This document shows, piece after piece, positions 50,981-64,000 of a stretch of DNA of 64,000 nt (within the stretch, counting starts at the first letter, position 1; every line of letters starts with the position of its first letter). Under the pieces are notes generated by a model that made no database searches, was not told the DNA's origin, and was given only the letters and a program-made list of their open reading frames with translations. Both the position numbers and the translations under genes were made by a program. The DNA lies in the NCBI RefSeq assembly GCF_963921235.1, contig NC_086097.1, forward strand, positions 155,064,001 to 155,128,000, in the 5' to 3' direction. Origin of the DNA: Mobula hypostoma. Its lineage: Eukaryota.

Positions 50981-51999
50981 AGGCATCCATTGCATCCAAT
51001 CATTTGTGCCATTTCATCATTGCCAATGGAGTGATGATTAGGTGTAGAATGAAGTGAAGTTATTTAAATTGTCAAGACCATTTGTTCTTCAAACTACTGT
51101 ATGTGCATCTGGTCTACTTCTGAAATCATGTCGCCAAGTTGACTCTGAATAAAGAAGCTTCAATTTTTGTCCATGCCACATTCCTAAGGGATGCTTTCTT
51201 CCACTTATGCAAGACATCAACAAAAGCAAAACAAAGTACTTCCACACATAAAGGTATTCAATGAAGCAATCTACCCCAAGGCATTTTGAAAGAATATTAC
51301 CAAATACAAAACTGATGTTAAACCAAGTAAGGAGGTAATATGACAGAACATCAAAGCTTGATAGAAGCGATAGATACTAAAGAACATCCTAAAGTTGAAA
51401 GAAATGTTTGTGTTGGTTGGGTAGGTAGGTGGTGGTGGTGGTTAGCAAGAAAATTCTAGGAAGGTAGGGCCTAGGAGGATGTAGTAATCCAACATGCAAC
51501 AATTAAATTTGGCTTGAACAAAATGTCAGAATTAGAAGATTGCAAATATGTCAAAGGATTGGAGGACTGCAGGAAAATTGTTAACTAGATCTACAACTGT
51601 ATCCCTTTGGGCTCTCAAAAATTGGACCTAACCATACTGAGGATGTTTCCAAAATCGATCTCCAACTGGTTTGCTTCCTGTTTGTAATCAGGCACCCATC
51701 ACACTGCTTTCAATAATTAGTATACTCAGCACCTTGGCAGAATAACATAAGTTTTAAATTCTTCTGAACTTACTAAAGAACAAAGATGCCAGCCAGGGGC
51801 TAGCCAGGAGTAACAATGACTCACCCATATTGTCAATTGCTTCCCATCATCTCTCCTCTACCCACTTGTGGATTTGACTTGCAACCTTTGCTGATACAGG
51901 GTTTCCATAGGTTTTCAGGTAGTTATGGATATGTTTGAACCTTGGAGGAAAGCTAATTAAAACAATTAAGAGCTGGGGAGAATAGGTAAGGAATGACTG

Positions 52000-53800
52000 C
52001 AACATGGGAGTCATTGGAAGCCCAAATGATCAGAATTCAGGGCCAACGTGATCCTGTGAAGAATAAAACAAAGAATGACAAAGTTTAGGACCCTTGTATG
52101 ATGAAAGATGTTGCACATTTGGTCAAAAAGAAAAAGGAAGCATATGTAAGCTTTAGGATGCAGAACTTGAACAAGGCACCAATGAATATAAAAGAAGTGG
52201 GAAGGAATTTAAACAGGGAATTAGGAGGGCTAAAAGGGATCATGTAATGTTGTTGGTGAGTGGAATTTAAACAGAATCGTGGGGTACTTAATACATGCAC
52301 TGAAAACAAGAGGATAGGACCAGTCAAGGACAAAGAAGAGAATTTATACCTGAAGCCAGAGGAAGTGGGTGAGATACCAAACAACTATTCAACAATGAAA
52401 AGGACATGAAAGATTATGATTTCAGAGTGGATAATGGTGGTGTTCTAGGGCATATTATATCTAGAAAGAGTATGTTGCATCATTTGGAGAAAGTTAAGGT
52501 GGTTGAGTCTCCATGGCAAGATGAGATCTATTTCAGGTTATTGTGATAGGCACAGAAGGAGATTGCAAGGCTTTGCAGAGATCATTTTATCCACTTTAGT
52601 CACAGGTGAGTTTCCAGAGGTTTGAAGAATAGTCAATGTAGTTCCTTTGCTTAAGATGATGTGCAGGGACAAACTAGGAAATTTTATGCTGGCAAGTCTT
52701 ACATCAATAATAGGGAAATTACTGGAGAATATTGTGGGTCCTGGATAGCATTTACTCACATATGGCCTTATTAGAGATAGTCAGTATGACTTTGTGCAAG
52801 GAAGGTCATGTTTTACAAATGATTCCATTTTTTGTGATGGTAAAGATGATTTGATAAGGATATTGCTGCAAATGTTGTGCACATGCACTTATAGTAAAGT
52901 ATTCAACAAGATCCCCTATTGTAGGCTAATCCTGAAGCCTAAACCACGTAGTATGCATGGTGTATTGATAGATTGGAATCAGAATTGGCTTGGCAGATGG
53001 CAGAGTGCTATCCTCACTGTGACTATTCTCACACTATTCCATGTGGAGGTGCACTTTGGAAGGTTACATGTAAGAGGAAAGTATTCAGTAAATGGTAGGA
53101 TCCTTAGGAGCACCGATGTACAGAGGGATCTTACGGAGCAATTCCATGGCTCATTGAAAGCGGGAACACCAAACCTTAAGGTCGTAAAGAAGGTGCCTTA
53201 ACTGTTAGGGTATTGTATAAAAGAGTTAGGAAGTTATGTTACAACTGTATTGAACTTTGGTTAGACCAGATTTGGGGTGTTGTTTATGCTGTTATGCAGA
53301 TGTCTGTATTACAGGAATGCTGTGAAGGTTTTCAGAAGACTACAGAAGACATTCGTCATAATGTTGCCTGGTGTAGAGAGTATTAACTATAAGGAGAGGT
53401 TGGAAGAACTTGGATTGTTTTCTTTGGAGTATCAGAGACTGAGGAATGATTTGATCGAAGTATATAAAATTATGAGGGGCATAGTTAGGGTAGATGGTCT
53501 GTCTTTTTCCCAGGGTGGAAATGTCAAATGCTGGAAGGCACAGCTTTAAGGTGAAAGAGAGAAATTTTAAGGGAAAATTGCAAGGCAGAGTGTAGTAGAT
53601 TCCTAGAAGGCACTTCCAGATGGAGTGGTAGGAGCAGATATAGCAACATATAAGAGGCACTTAGGCAGGCACGTGAACAGGAAGGAAACGGGGGCCATAG
53701 GATATGTGTAGATAAATGGAATTGGTTTAAATTGGCATCATGATTGGCACAGCCATCTTGGGATGAGGGCCTGTTCCTGTGTGGGACAACCATTGTTCTT
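52000..53800 (+). mobile_element. Old CR1 LINE ORF2 and 3' end
   Basis: Degenerate RT motifs (GRSCFTN; YKERLEELGLFSLE...LRNDLIEVYKIMRG) and a CR1 3' UTR. Confidence 0.8.
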
Positions 53801-56099
53801 CCAGGAATAAGAGATTGCCTCTGAGATCATGTTTGATGGAAGTGACCAGCATTTGAGATTAGTGATCCAGTTTGCTGTGATCTAGGGATTGGTTCCACTG
53901 AACATTTCTGGTCCAGGCTGCGCAAAACACTTCCTTAATATAAAGAGATGACAGTACCATCAGCCTAAGTAAACTGGCTGCTCAAGGGCTTCAATATTTC
54001 TCTTGTCTGCATTGCAATAATTATTTCTTCTGTGCTCCATTGCCTCAAGCAAAGCATATCACTTTTATCAGCACCACCATGAAGTCCAGACAAATATCTA
54101 TACCATACACTCTGTCACTGAGAAATACTACAGCAAAGTCTTCTGCAGGACTGATGATCTCTAAAATCATTAGCTGATAAACACATAAATATTCTCACAA
54201 AAAAGTCCCTCAGGGATGTAAGTAAAAGCTGCAAAGTAATTACACCAAACTGCTAGCAAATAGGTGGGATGGAGAATAAGTTTTATAAAAGTTATTTGTT
54301 GAATTCATGCAATATTGCACGCTCTTCTCCTTTCATATTGCATGATCATTGATAGTGACTTTGAATATTAAATCAGTTTTTCTATTTAAATAAACTTGAT
54401 GAGATTATACTCACAGTAACTGTTGAGCACATGTCAATCACCTAAAGCTATTGATGTATTAGGACATTGGATATAGCACAATTCAGCACAGTACAGGCAT
54501 TTCGGTCCACAATGTTGTGCCTGACTTTTAACCTATTCCAAGCTCAATGTAATCTTCCTTTCCCACTTAGCTCTCCATTGTCCTTTCATCCATGTGCTTA
54601 TCAAGAGTCTCTTAAATTTCCCTAATATACTGTATCTGCCTCTGCCATCACTGCTGGAGGTGTGTTCAATTACCATGCTCTGTGTAAGCCCCACCTCTGG
54701 CATCTCCACTAAACTTTATTCCAAACACCTTAAATTTATGCTCTCTTGTGTTATTAATGTTTTTTTTAAAACATACAATGTAAAGTTTGTAAAACCTGCA
54801 GGAAATACTCATTCCACAATCTACAGACTCACTTTCAAGGACTCTACTACTCTTTTTCTCAGTATTATTTATATGTTTTATTTGCTCTGTTTGTATTCTT
54901 TTGCACATTAGCTTTGTCAGTCTTTGCTCATTATAGTTTTTTATAAATTCTATTGTATTTCTTTATTTCCTGTAAATGCCTGCAAGAAAATGAATCACAA
55001 GGTAGTATATGGTAATATACCTGAACACACCTTGATAATAAATTTGACTTTGACTCTGTTATTATAAGATAAACACTTCATTAAATTTCTCCAACATAGT
55101 TGCTCCAGTGTGCCACTAATGACAAAGTCTAAGACCTCTGGGATGATATGGCCACATGGTTTTAAATATATGCAGTTCAAAGTTTCACAGATGTTCCTCT
55201 CGGAATCACTGCCCCAGTTTGATGTGAGTGATTCTCTACTTCTATTTCTGTTCTTATTTCTTTCACTATTTTCAAATATCAGTGAGGAAGAAGTTGAACC
55301 CATTTTTTTTCATTTTTGGAGAGAACATTGCTGAGATGTGATAAAGTGATGCTTCAATATGTACATAGCTCAGGCCAAGTTAATCAAGTGAGCCATGACA
55401 AGTTTTCAGCTGGCACACAGTGAGTGATGGTAATGGAGGAGCTGAAGACACAGCTAAAGGAAGGAAATCTCAAACCCACCAAAGTTCCCAGCCTGGATTT
55501 TGAGTATGAGGTATAACTTCATTTGGAGAAAAGAAACAGCTCATATTGTTATTTTAGTATATTCTAGCATCAATTTGTTCCACTTGCCACCATTGTTGCA
55601 GTAGCTACAAAATAGCATGTATCAGCTTTTTCAGACCGCTTTCTTTTGCAATAGGTGCTACTGTATTTTCTTTCTGTTTGAATGATAGTCTCTATTTGTT
55701 TTTATCTACAAGCAGAGTGCTTTTCACTTCTATTGAGTGCATTGAGCTGAATTTTTGAAGAAGATTGTATATATCGTGTGGTAGTCCTGCTGATTCAGGA
55801 TAAATGTCTCCTCAATCTTTAATTGAATTCCATTTCTTTATATGTTCTATTTTACATAACTTCTCTGCTAAGTATCACTTCCAATTCTAAAGGTAATAAA
55901 TGGTGCAATAAGCAATTGAGTAAAGCTTAAACATATCCCTTGATCTCAACAACATAATGGTGATCTATTTAATACCTTAGTCTCTTGTGAATGCAGTTGC
56001 TTTGTGGCCTGCTTGAACTGAGCCACCAGCTATCTCCCACTGATTGGCTAAGTGGAATTTTGTGTGTCACAGGCCTTGACCTAAATGGAGATGACATGA

Positions 56100-57370
56100 C
56101 ATTTCAAATGCACAGGAATGTGAGAAGCTGCAGAGAGTAGTGGACTCAGCCCAGTACATCACTGACACAACACCCCACCATAACTATGTAAGGTGCTACA
56201 TCTGTCAACATAGATCTTCGCCAACCAGACCATATCATCTTCTCAGATCTACCATCAGGCAAGAGGCACAGAAGTCTGAAGTCCCCCACCACCAGGTCCA
56301 GCTTCAAAAGCAACTGCTTTGCTTCAACCACGGAGATCTTCAACCTGTACAGCTCGAATCACTACCTCAGTGTAGCAATGCTATGAATCTCTTGGCCATT
56401 GTGCACTCCAATGGACATAGATCTTTTCCTAATTATGCTCTTTCTTGTGTAAATTTTGTATAATTTATGATTACTTTATGCTTTTCTTGTGAATGTTCTG
56501 TTTTTTTTGTGCTATGTCTGTAACACTGCTGCAAGTTTTTCATAACACCTGTGCATTCATGCCTTTGTGCATTTGACAATAAATTCGACTTTTGATTGCT
56601 GGTTCTCAATAAAGACAGAGCAGGGTAGATTTTTCAGTGCTTCAATGCAGTCCAAGATTCAAGGGCAAGAGGTAAAAATCATGAAGGAAATCACCAAAAT
56701 ATAATGGAAAGTAAAATTTGCAGCTGAGAGTGAAAAGCGGAGAGTAAAGATTAAATTGGTAAATCGTTTCATTATTGTCACATGTACATAGGTACAGAGA
56801 AACACTTGTCATATATGCCATCCATGCAGATGATTTCATCAAAACAGTGCACTGAGACAGTGCAAGGTAGAATAACAGAATGCAGCATTATACATTACAG
56901 TTACAGAGAAAGTGCAGTGTGGGGAGATGATATGGTGCAAGCCTATAAGCCTATGTACATGTTGAGGTCCAGGCTGTGTCTTATCATACCAGGGGGCCAT
57001 TCTAACAGCAGGTAAGAAACAGCCCTTAATGGTAGTAAGTGCTTTCAGGCATTTGGTATCTTCTGTTGGGTGGGAGAAGGAAGAAAAGAGAATGTTTGTG
57101 ATGGTTAGTGTCTTGGATTATGTTAGCTGCTTTACTGAGCAGTGAGAAGAATGGATGGAGTCCATGGAGGGGAAGTTAGTTTCCGAGATGTGCTGAGCTC
57201 TATCCATAAACCTTTGCAGTTTCTTGTGGTCATGGACAGAGTAGCTGCAATGATGGATCTGGATAGGATGCTTTCTACAGTCAAATGGACGCACCAAATT
57301 TCCTTAGTCTCCTCAAGAAACAGAGGGACTGGTGTACTTTCTTGGCTATGGTGTCAAGCCAGGCTATTAC
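56100..57370. mobile_element. Rex1/Babar 3' fragments in both orientations (about 56100-56595 plus; about 56753-57370 minus)
   Basis: KLQRVVDSAQYIT-type C-terminal motif and Rex-type 3' UTRs. Confidence 0.6.
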
Positions 57371-57855
57371 TGATGTTCATTTCTTTTTTTTCTTTCTTTT
57401 TGTATTTTCACACTTCGTTGCCTTTTGTGCACTGGTTGTCTGCCATGTTAGTGCATTTCATTGACTCTATTATGGTTATTGAATTTATTGAGCATGCCCA
57501 CAGGAAAATGAATTTCAGAGTTGTATAAGGTGACATATATGTACTTTGAAAATAAAATTACTTTGAACTTCAAACTTTGAATATGATGGATTGTATGTCC
57601 ATAACATGATGCTAGATACAGGAGTGTCTGTACATAAGGTGCTGAGAGGAAATGATAAAGTAGTGGTGGTGGGAGGGTGCGGATGGATCTCTTAGTGGGT
57701 GGAGGTGTTGATCAGCCTTACTGTTTGTGGAAAGTAACTGTTTTTGAGCCTGGTGCTTCTGGTGTGGATGCTACATAGCCTAATCTCTGCTGGGAGTGGG
57801 ACAAACAGTCCATGAGCAGAGTGATAGGATGATTTTGTGTAGGAATCAAGTGAAT

Positions 57856-58000
57856 CACACAAAATGCTGGAGGAACTCAGCAGGTCAGACAACATCTATG
57901 GAAGGGAATAAACAGATGACATTCCAGGCCAAGACTTTTAATTAGTATTTTTGTGTATGTTGCTCAAGATCTCCAGTATTTTCAGAATCTCTTGTGTCTC
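57856..58000 (-). mobile_element. Small Penelope pLTR insertion with an inverted tail
   Basis: Minus-oriented pLTR at about 57856-57945, followed by a plus-oriented tail TTTTGTGTATGTTGCTCAAGATCTCCAG...CTCTTGTG. Confidence 0.6.
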
Positions 58001-58950
58001 GTTCAAAGTGACTGTTAGCTAGGTAGGTTCAGAGTCAGAAAGAAGTTCACATGAATTGAAATTACACCTAGAGTTATGGATAGCTTGTGTCCATTATAAA
58101 AGCTCTGTCTTGGTTGTGTTGAGCTGCTATAGTGAATGATTAGGAAGGAGGAGGAGGAAGAATAGAAAGATAGAATAGAGGAGGAAGAAACTACAGGTGA
58201 CTTAAGATTCAATCATCATGCCGCATTCACCAGCAGTCACTCATCTTAACTTCACAATGAAAGTCAACCTAAAATAAAATATATAAGTAAAAGTATGCTG
58301 AATAATGATGACCAACAATGGTGAAAGATTGATGGAATTCTGTGCCATGAACAATCTGGTCATAGGAAGGACCGTCTTTCCACACCATGTAATCCACAAA
58401 CGGACATGGTGCTCACCCAGTGGATGTATCATTTATCATTTACCACGTATCATTTAATGATCAATGGTACGTGGAAACAATCCTTGCAGGATGTAAAGGT
58501 GAAGAGAGGAGTACATATAGGAAGTGATATTTACCTTGTTGTAGCAGTGATGAAACTCAAGATGAAAATGAACCACAGAGACTAGAGTACATGTACAAAG
58601 ATGTTTTGATGTTGAAAAACTCAAGGACACCAATCTGAGATTTGTCTCCACCTTTCAGCTTAAGAACAGATACCAGGTCATACAAAGATGTGTCAGTAGA
58701 CAGGATCAACACAATTTAGAAACAGATCTAGGAGAGCAGCGAGGCTTGTTTACAATACAGGGGTGGAAAGGAGAACAAAGATTAGATACAGAAGGAAACA
58801 TGGACAGCCTGAGAAGAAAGAAGGAGAATTAAGAAGAAAGTATTTGAAGCAAAGTCAGCACAAATTAAGAAGAATTTTCAACTAGTATATACTGAAGCTA
58901 CAAGAAAGTGAAGAAGCTTGTAAGAAAGGATAAGACGGTCCACATGGATG

Positions 58951-60022
58951 TGTCATGGTCCGGTCCGTGAAGTCTGTATTCTGGTTCACGGTCCAGTCCA
59001 TCGACCCTTGCTCCAGATTTTCCTGTCTACCCTGTTTCTGTTCTTATTGAGCTCTAATTGAGCCAGCTGATGCTCGTTCGGGCTAGCTGCATAAATACCT
59101 TCAGAGACCAGGGTGTGGCTGCTGGATTGTTCTTGTCCTTACTCCTTGTATCCCCTCCTCTGCCTTCTGTTTCCTCGCCTGAAGCCCTGCCTTGTCTTGC
59201 CGGTAACCCTCGCCTCGCCTGAAGTTCTCGTCTCACCTTGCTTTGCCAGAAGCCTTGTCTTGCTGGTAACTCTCGTCTCGTCTCGCCTGCAGTATTGTCT
59301 TGGAGACACCCTGTACCTAGCTCCCTTCCTGTCCCTTGCCTCCGCCCAGGTAAGCCAGGTCTTGCTGTTACCTGCAGTTGGTTATGTCCTGTTCTATCCC
59401 GTTCTGTCCCTTCCCGTCCCTTGCCTCCGTCGGGTAAGCCAGGCTGTCTTGCCGTTACCTGCGTTTGGTTCTGTCCCGTTCTGTCCCTTCCTGTCCCTTG
59501 CCTCCATCGGGTAAGCCAGGCCGTGTTGCCGTTACCTGCAGTTGGTTCTGTCCCTTCCTGTCCCTTGCCTCCATCAGGTAGTGATCTGTACCCTGTCTAG
59601 GTGAACCGCGCCCTGCCCAGGAGGAGCCTGCCTGGCCTCAAGCCTGAAGGCTCAAGCCTCGCCTCAAGTCTCTAGCCTCTAGCCTCAAGCCCGAAGACTC
59701 CAGCCTCCTGCCTCCTGCCAAGCCTCGCCTCTAGCCTCAAGCCTCAAGCCTGAAGACTCCAGCCTCGTCCTGCCTGCCTGCCAAGCCTCATCCTTGCCTA
59801 GTTCTGGGGTCCGAGCCAGAGGCAAGACCCGGGTACTGGGTCCATGTCCAGTCTCTGGCTCGGAGTTCAAGCCCGGGCTCCTAGTTCTCTTGCCAGTCCT
59901 GTTCCGGGTTCCCGGTTTTCATGTCCATGTCCTTGCTCTCAGCCTGTATCCTAGTTCTGTCCCTAGTACTTCAGTGTCTGTGTCTTGCACTTGGGTCCGT
60001 TCTCAGCCACCTCCTTATGACA
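58951..60022. mobile_element. Solo LTR (1072 bp) with internal tandem repeats
   Basis: TGTCAT...ATGACA termini. 5-bp TSD GGATG at 58946-58950 and 60023-60027. Repeats of about 70-85 bp at about 59325-59575; CAAGCCT-type short repeats at about 59635-59790. Confidence 0.9.
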
Positions 60023-60142
60023 GGATGATTTTGCAGAGGAGGCCTAAGAGGCAGCCATTTGAGGTGCTTTGGAAAATATACACAAGAGTTCAAAATCAGC
60101 ATGCAGAAAGTTCCAGGCCAGATCCATTGGTCCTGTGACAGA

Positions 60143-60625
60143 CATAAAAATTGCTGGTGAACGCAGCAGGCCAGGCAGCATCTATAGGAAGAGGTACAGT
60201 CAATATTTCGGGCCGAAACCCTTCGTCAGGACTAACTGAAAGAATTGCTAGTAAGAGATTTGAAAGTGGGAGGGGGAGGGGAGATCCGAAATGATAGGAG
60301 AAGACAGGAGGGGGAGGGATGGAGCCAAGAGCTGGACAGGTGATTGGCAAAAGGGATATGAGAGGATCATGGGACAGGAGGCCCAGGGAGAAAGAAAGGG
60401 GGAGGGGGGAAGCCCAGAGGATGGGCAAGGGGTATAGTGAAAGGGACAGAGGGAGAAAAAGGAAAGAGAGAAAAAGAATGTGTGTGTATATAAATAAATA
60501 AATAACGGATGGGGTATGAGGGGGAGGTGGGGCATTAGCGGAAGTTTGAGAAGTCAATGTTCAGGCCATCAGGTTGGAGGCTACCCAGATGGAATATAAG
60601 GTGTTGTTCCTCCAACCTGAGTTCC
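60143..60625 (-). mobile_element. 5'-truncated Penelope insertion with a 12-bp TSD
   Basis: Closely matches about 8726-9197. TSD TCCTGTGACAGA at 60131-60142 and 60626-60637. Decayed hammerhead motif at 60198-60233. Confidence 0.9.
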
Positions 60626-61079
60626 TCCTGTGACAGATAAGAATGGTCTGCTTTAGACAACTGAGAAAGAGAAAGCAGCACAGTGGATGGAGTATTTCAG
60701 CAAATTGCTGAATAGATCACCACCAAATGAAGAACTTGACAGAGGCAAAAGAGGACCTCAACATCAACATAGATCCACCCAAGAAAGAAAAGATTGTTGT
60801 TGCAATTAAAGAACAGCAAATTTCCAGGACAGGTCAACTTGAATGTTGAACCAGAAATTGCAGCAGCCATCCTGCAACCACTGCTTATTATAATCTGGGA
60901 ATAGGGACAGGTACCCAAGAAAGGAGTGCTAAGTGATCACAACTAGCATGGCATCACACTTTCTCGTGAAAGTTATTGAGCAACAGATCACAGATGCTGT
61001 CAATATGTGCTTGGGGAAGGAGCATGCTGGCTTCAGGAGAAACAGGGACTGCATTAACAAGATCTTCACATTGTGTAAC

Positions 61080-61478
61080 TGTCATAAGGAGAGTGGCTAG
61101 GAACGGACCCGAGTGCAAGACACAGACACTGAAGTACTAGGGACAGGACTAGGATACAGGCTGAGGGCAAGGACATGGACACGAAAACCGGGAACCCAGA
61201 CCAGGACTGGACAAGAGAGCTAGGAGCCCGGGCTTGGACTCTGAGCCAGAGACTGGACCTGGGTCTTGCCTCTGGCTCGGACCCCAGAAGTAGGCAAGGA
61301 CGAGGCTTGGCAGGCAGGCAGGATGAGGCTGGAGTCTTCAGGCTTGAGGTTAGAGGTGAGGCTTGGCAGGAGGCAGGAGGCTGGAGTCTTCAGGCTAGAG
61401 ACGAGGTGAGGCTTGGCAGGCAGGGGGCTGGAGTCTTCAGGCTTGAGGCTAGAGGCTAGAGACTTGAGGCGAGGCTTG
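61080..61478. mobile_element. Truncated inverted copy of the same LTR family as 58951-60022
   Basis: Reverse complement of about 59650-60022; starts TGTCATAAGGAG. Confidence 0.9.
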
Positions 61479-61619
61479 TAGAATTTGTGGAACAAGTTGA
61501 CTTTCAGCAATTGTGCCCAGAAAGTGGATGGCACAGATGGTATCCGGCTTGAGTATTGTCCTCATCAATGCTCACAGACAATATTAAAATGATTTTTAAA
61601 AGCTGAAAATGTTGGGCAT

Positions 61620-61800
61620 CTAAAATAAAAATAGAAAATGCTGGAAATACATCTGGAAAGTGAAACAGAGCCATTTTTGGTTTGGGACCATCGTCAGAAT
61701 TGTTCTGATGAAGGGTCTTGGATTTGAAACATTTACTGTTTTCCTCTTTCCACCTGATGACCTTTTCCAGATTTTCCTGTTCTTATTCCAGCTACAAATG
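61620..61800. mobile_element. Old Penelope-derived inverted mini-element
   Basis: AAATGCTGGAAATA... arm, then TCGTCAGA and an opposed CTGATGAAGGGTCTTGGATTTGAAAC, then a complementary-type arm. Confidence 0.5.
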
Positions 61801-62289
61801 AGCTCAAACACTGATCTTTCTTTTCCAATTCCTGACTGAAAACCCTATCTAAACTACTGAGATCATTAATTGTTTCCCCAACTTTACCTTTATTGACAAA
61901 TGGTACTTCGGCATTGCTGTCAAGCCCAACATGTATTGTCAGTTTTCATCTGCCCTTCGACTGTGATACACAATTCATCTTCAGATTTGCTGGAGTTTGT
62001 GGATCAAGGGCATCATCATTGTGTTGTTAAGCACTGGTTTTTATGATCCTAAGCAGTTCCAGTGAAGGAATACCATGACGTTTCCAATACAAGAGAGCTA
62101 GTCATTGACTTCAGGAAAGGAAGAGATGCTCATCCTCCAGGTTACATCAACGGTGATGAGGTCAAGAGGGTTGAGAGCTTCAGGTTCCTAGAAGTAGACA
62201 TCATCAATAGGCTGTATAATGGTTAGACTTTGGTGAGAACAGGTGGAGGTTCTAAGTAAGTTTCTATCAAGTGTTTTTTCTCTTTGTCT

Positions 62290-63704
62290 AGAAATGCATA
62301 CAGTAGCTAGTGCAGTGAGAATAGATCCAGAATGAGTGGTATGTTCTTCATGTAAGATCTGGGAACTCTAGGAAACTTCCAGTCTCCTTGATAACTATAT
62401 CTGCATGAAGTGCATTGAGCTCAGCTCCTTAGAGACCATGTTAAAGAACTGGAACTGCAGCTGGATGACCTTCGGTGCTCATAAGGGAGAATGAGGAGTG
62501 ATAGATAGGAGCTACAGGAAGGCAGTAGTCACACCTAAGTTGCAGGATGCAGGAACAGTACCTGATTGACTGTCAGGAGAGGGAAGGGAATAGGCAGTCA
62601 GTGTTAAGTACCACTGTGTCCATGCCCCTGAATAATAAGTATATAACTTCGGCTCTTGAACCAAAAGGGGTAACTTTACACAACTTCACTTGACCCATTG
62701 AAATGTTCCCACAACCTATGGACTAATTTCAAGCACTCTTCATCTCATATTCTCAATATTTATGGTACTTATTTATTATTTTTATTTCTTTCTTTTGTAT
62801 TTGTACTGTCTGTTGCCTTTTGCACACTGGTTGAATGCCGTTAGTACGGTCCTTCAGTGATTCTATTATTTTGTTATTCTATTATTCTATTATGGATTTA
62901 TTCAGCATGTGCACAACAGAATGAATGTCAGGGTTGTATATGGTGACATATATGTAATTGATAACAAGTTTACATTGAACTTTGGATTCCGTTTGTGAGG
63001 TTGGGGGCGGGGGGGGAGTGACTTGCCTAGGTGAAGCCGTGGCAACAGGGTCTCTGGTACTGAGTCTGGCTCCAGTGGTTGAACCCAATAGAGAAAGGGC
63101 AATTTTGCATTCAGTGTCATGTATTGAACCAGATTTGAATAGGGGGCTTAAGATAAAAGAACACTTAGGAGGTAGTGATCACAATAAGACAGAAGTTTGA
63201 GAGAAAAGCTAAAGTCAAATGTATTAGGATTACAATGGAATGAAGGGAATTACAGAGTCTTGATAAAGGAGCTGGCCAAAATTGATTGGAAGGGGTCACT
63301 AGTAGGGATGATGGCAGAACAGTGATGGTTGGAGTTTCCAGGAGCAATTTAGAAGGTGCAGGATAGGTACATCCCAAAGTATTCAAAAGGGAGGATGAGG
63401 AATCCGTGACTGACAAGGGATGTCAAAGACAACATAAAAGCAAAAGAAAGGGTACATTATAGAAGAAAACAGGGGGAAGTTAGAGGATTGGGAAGATTTT
63501 AAAAATTAACAGAAGGCACCTAGAAAAACATATGGAGAGAAAAGATTATCTATGAAGGTAAGCAAGGCAACAATATAAAAAAGGACACCAAAAGTTTTTT
63601 TTTCAAATATATAGAGAGTAAAAGACAGGTGAGAATGGATATGAGATCGCTGGAAGATGATGCAGGAGAAATAGTAATGGGAGACAAGAAATGGCTGATG
63701 AATT
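62290..63704 (+). mobile_element. CR1 LINE (ORF1 zinc-finger remnant and ORF2 start) with a Rex-tail insertion
   Basis: C-x2-C..W..DNYICMKC-like ORF1 remnant at 62330-62480. LGGSDHN endonuclease motif at about 63165-63185. Similar to 12780-13090 and 14410-14700. Confidence 0.75.
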
Positions 63705-64000
63705 TGTAAGGGGTTTCTTCTTTTATGTTACTGCATAGGCTAATTAAAATGGCTTCTTTGTTGTGTTAACTGCTGAGAAAGTTCTCTCGCTAGCAGCTTG
63801 TTTGGGTTATATTATTGATAAGAGAAAGAACGATAAATTGGGATAGATGTTATTCTTTCTTGTGTGTCTGTAAGCTATTGTGATGCATGGGTTTTTGGGG
63901 AGAAGGCGCGATGAGGAGAGAGAGAGTGGATGCGATGTTGTGAGCTGGCCAACGAGGCAGACCCCGAGGCAGACCCTGAGCTGAAGTCCGAGGTCTAGGG
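63705..64000. mobile_element. Start of another insertion, probably an LTR; truncated by the window end
   Basis: CR1 sequence stops abruptly at ...GATGAATT and TGTAAGGGG begins. The other end is not visible. Confidence 0.5.

Larger units (their letters stand above)
58290..61079 (+). mobile_element. RTE-clade LINE remnant (endonuclease to start of RT), interrupted by a solo LTR and a Penelope fragment
   Basis: Decayed NGERLMEFC..NNLVIGRTVFPH..HKRTWCSP and DVKVKRG..IGSD motifs at 58310-58560. AGFRRNRDCINKIFTL-like motif near 61025-61075. Confidence 0.8.

Noticed and set aside
54995..55334. ORFs 54995..55303 (-) and 55110..55334 (+) as host exons
   Set aside because: No recognisable domain and no convincing splice pair; the minus frame runs into a Rex-type repeat tail.
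59325..59790. Regularly spaced repeats resembling a CRISPR array
   Set aside because: The units are degenerate tandem repeats without unique spacers, they lie inside a TSD-flanked LTR, the context is eukaryotic, and there are no cas genes.

Overview
Eukaryotic, repeat-dominated genomic DNA, most likely from a cartilaginous fish (ray or shark). This is inferred from the repeat content: many CR1/HER1-like LINEs, an HE1/V-SINE-like element, Rex1/Babar, and Penelope-like elements. No prokaryotic features are seen. Most of the window is nested, decayed transposable elements. These include several Penelope-like (RT + GIY-YIG) insertions carrying minimal hammerhead-ribozyme motifs, among them a 2-kb insertion with inverted arms and a 204-bp hairpin mini-element, both with clear target-site duplications (TSDs). 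Also present are a near-complete Ty3/Gypsy LTR retrotransposon (17402-21740), a near-full-length Nimb/I-group LINE with RNase H (24106-29300), an internally deleted Sola2-like DNA transposon (5304-8498), solo LTRs, and RTE, Rex1 and hAT remnants. One probable host gene lies on the minus strand (candidate exons near 46017-46139, 39434-40112 and 37860-37971); I cannot name its product. All family assignments come from motif recognition by eye, not from database searches.
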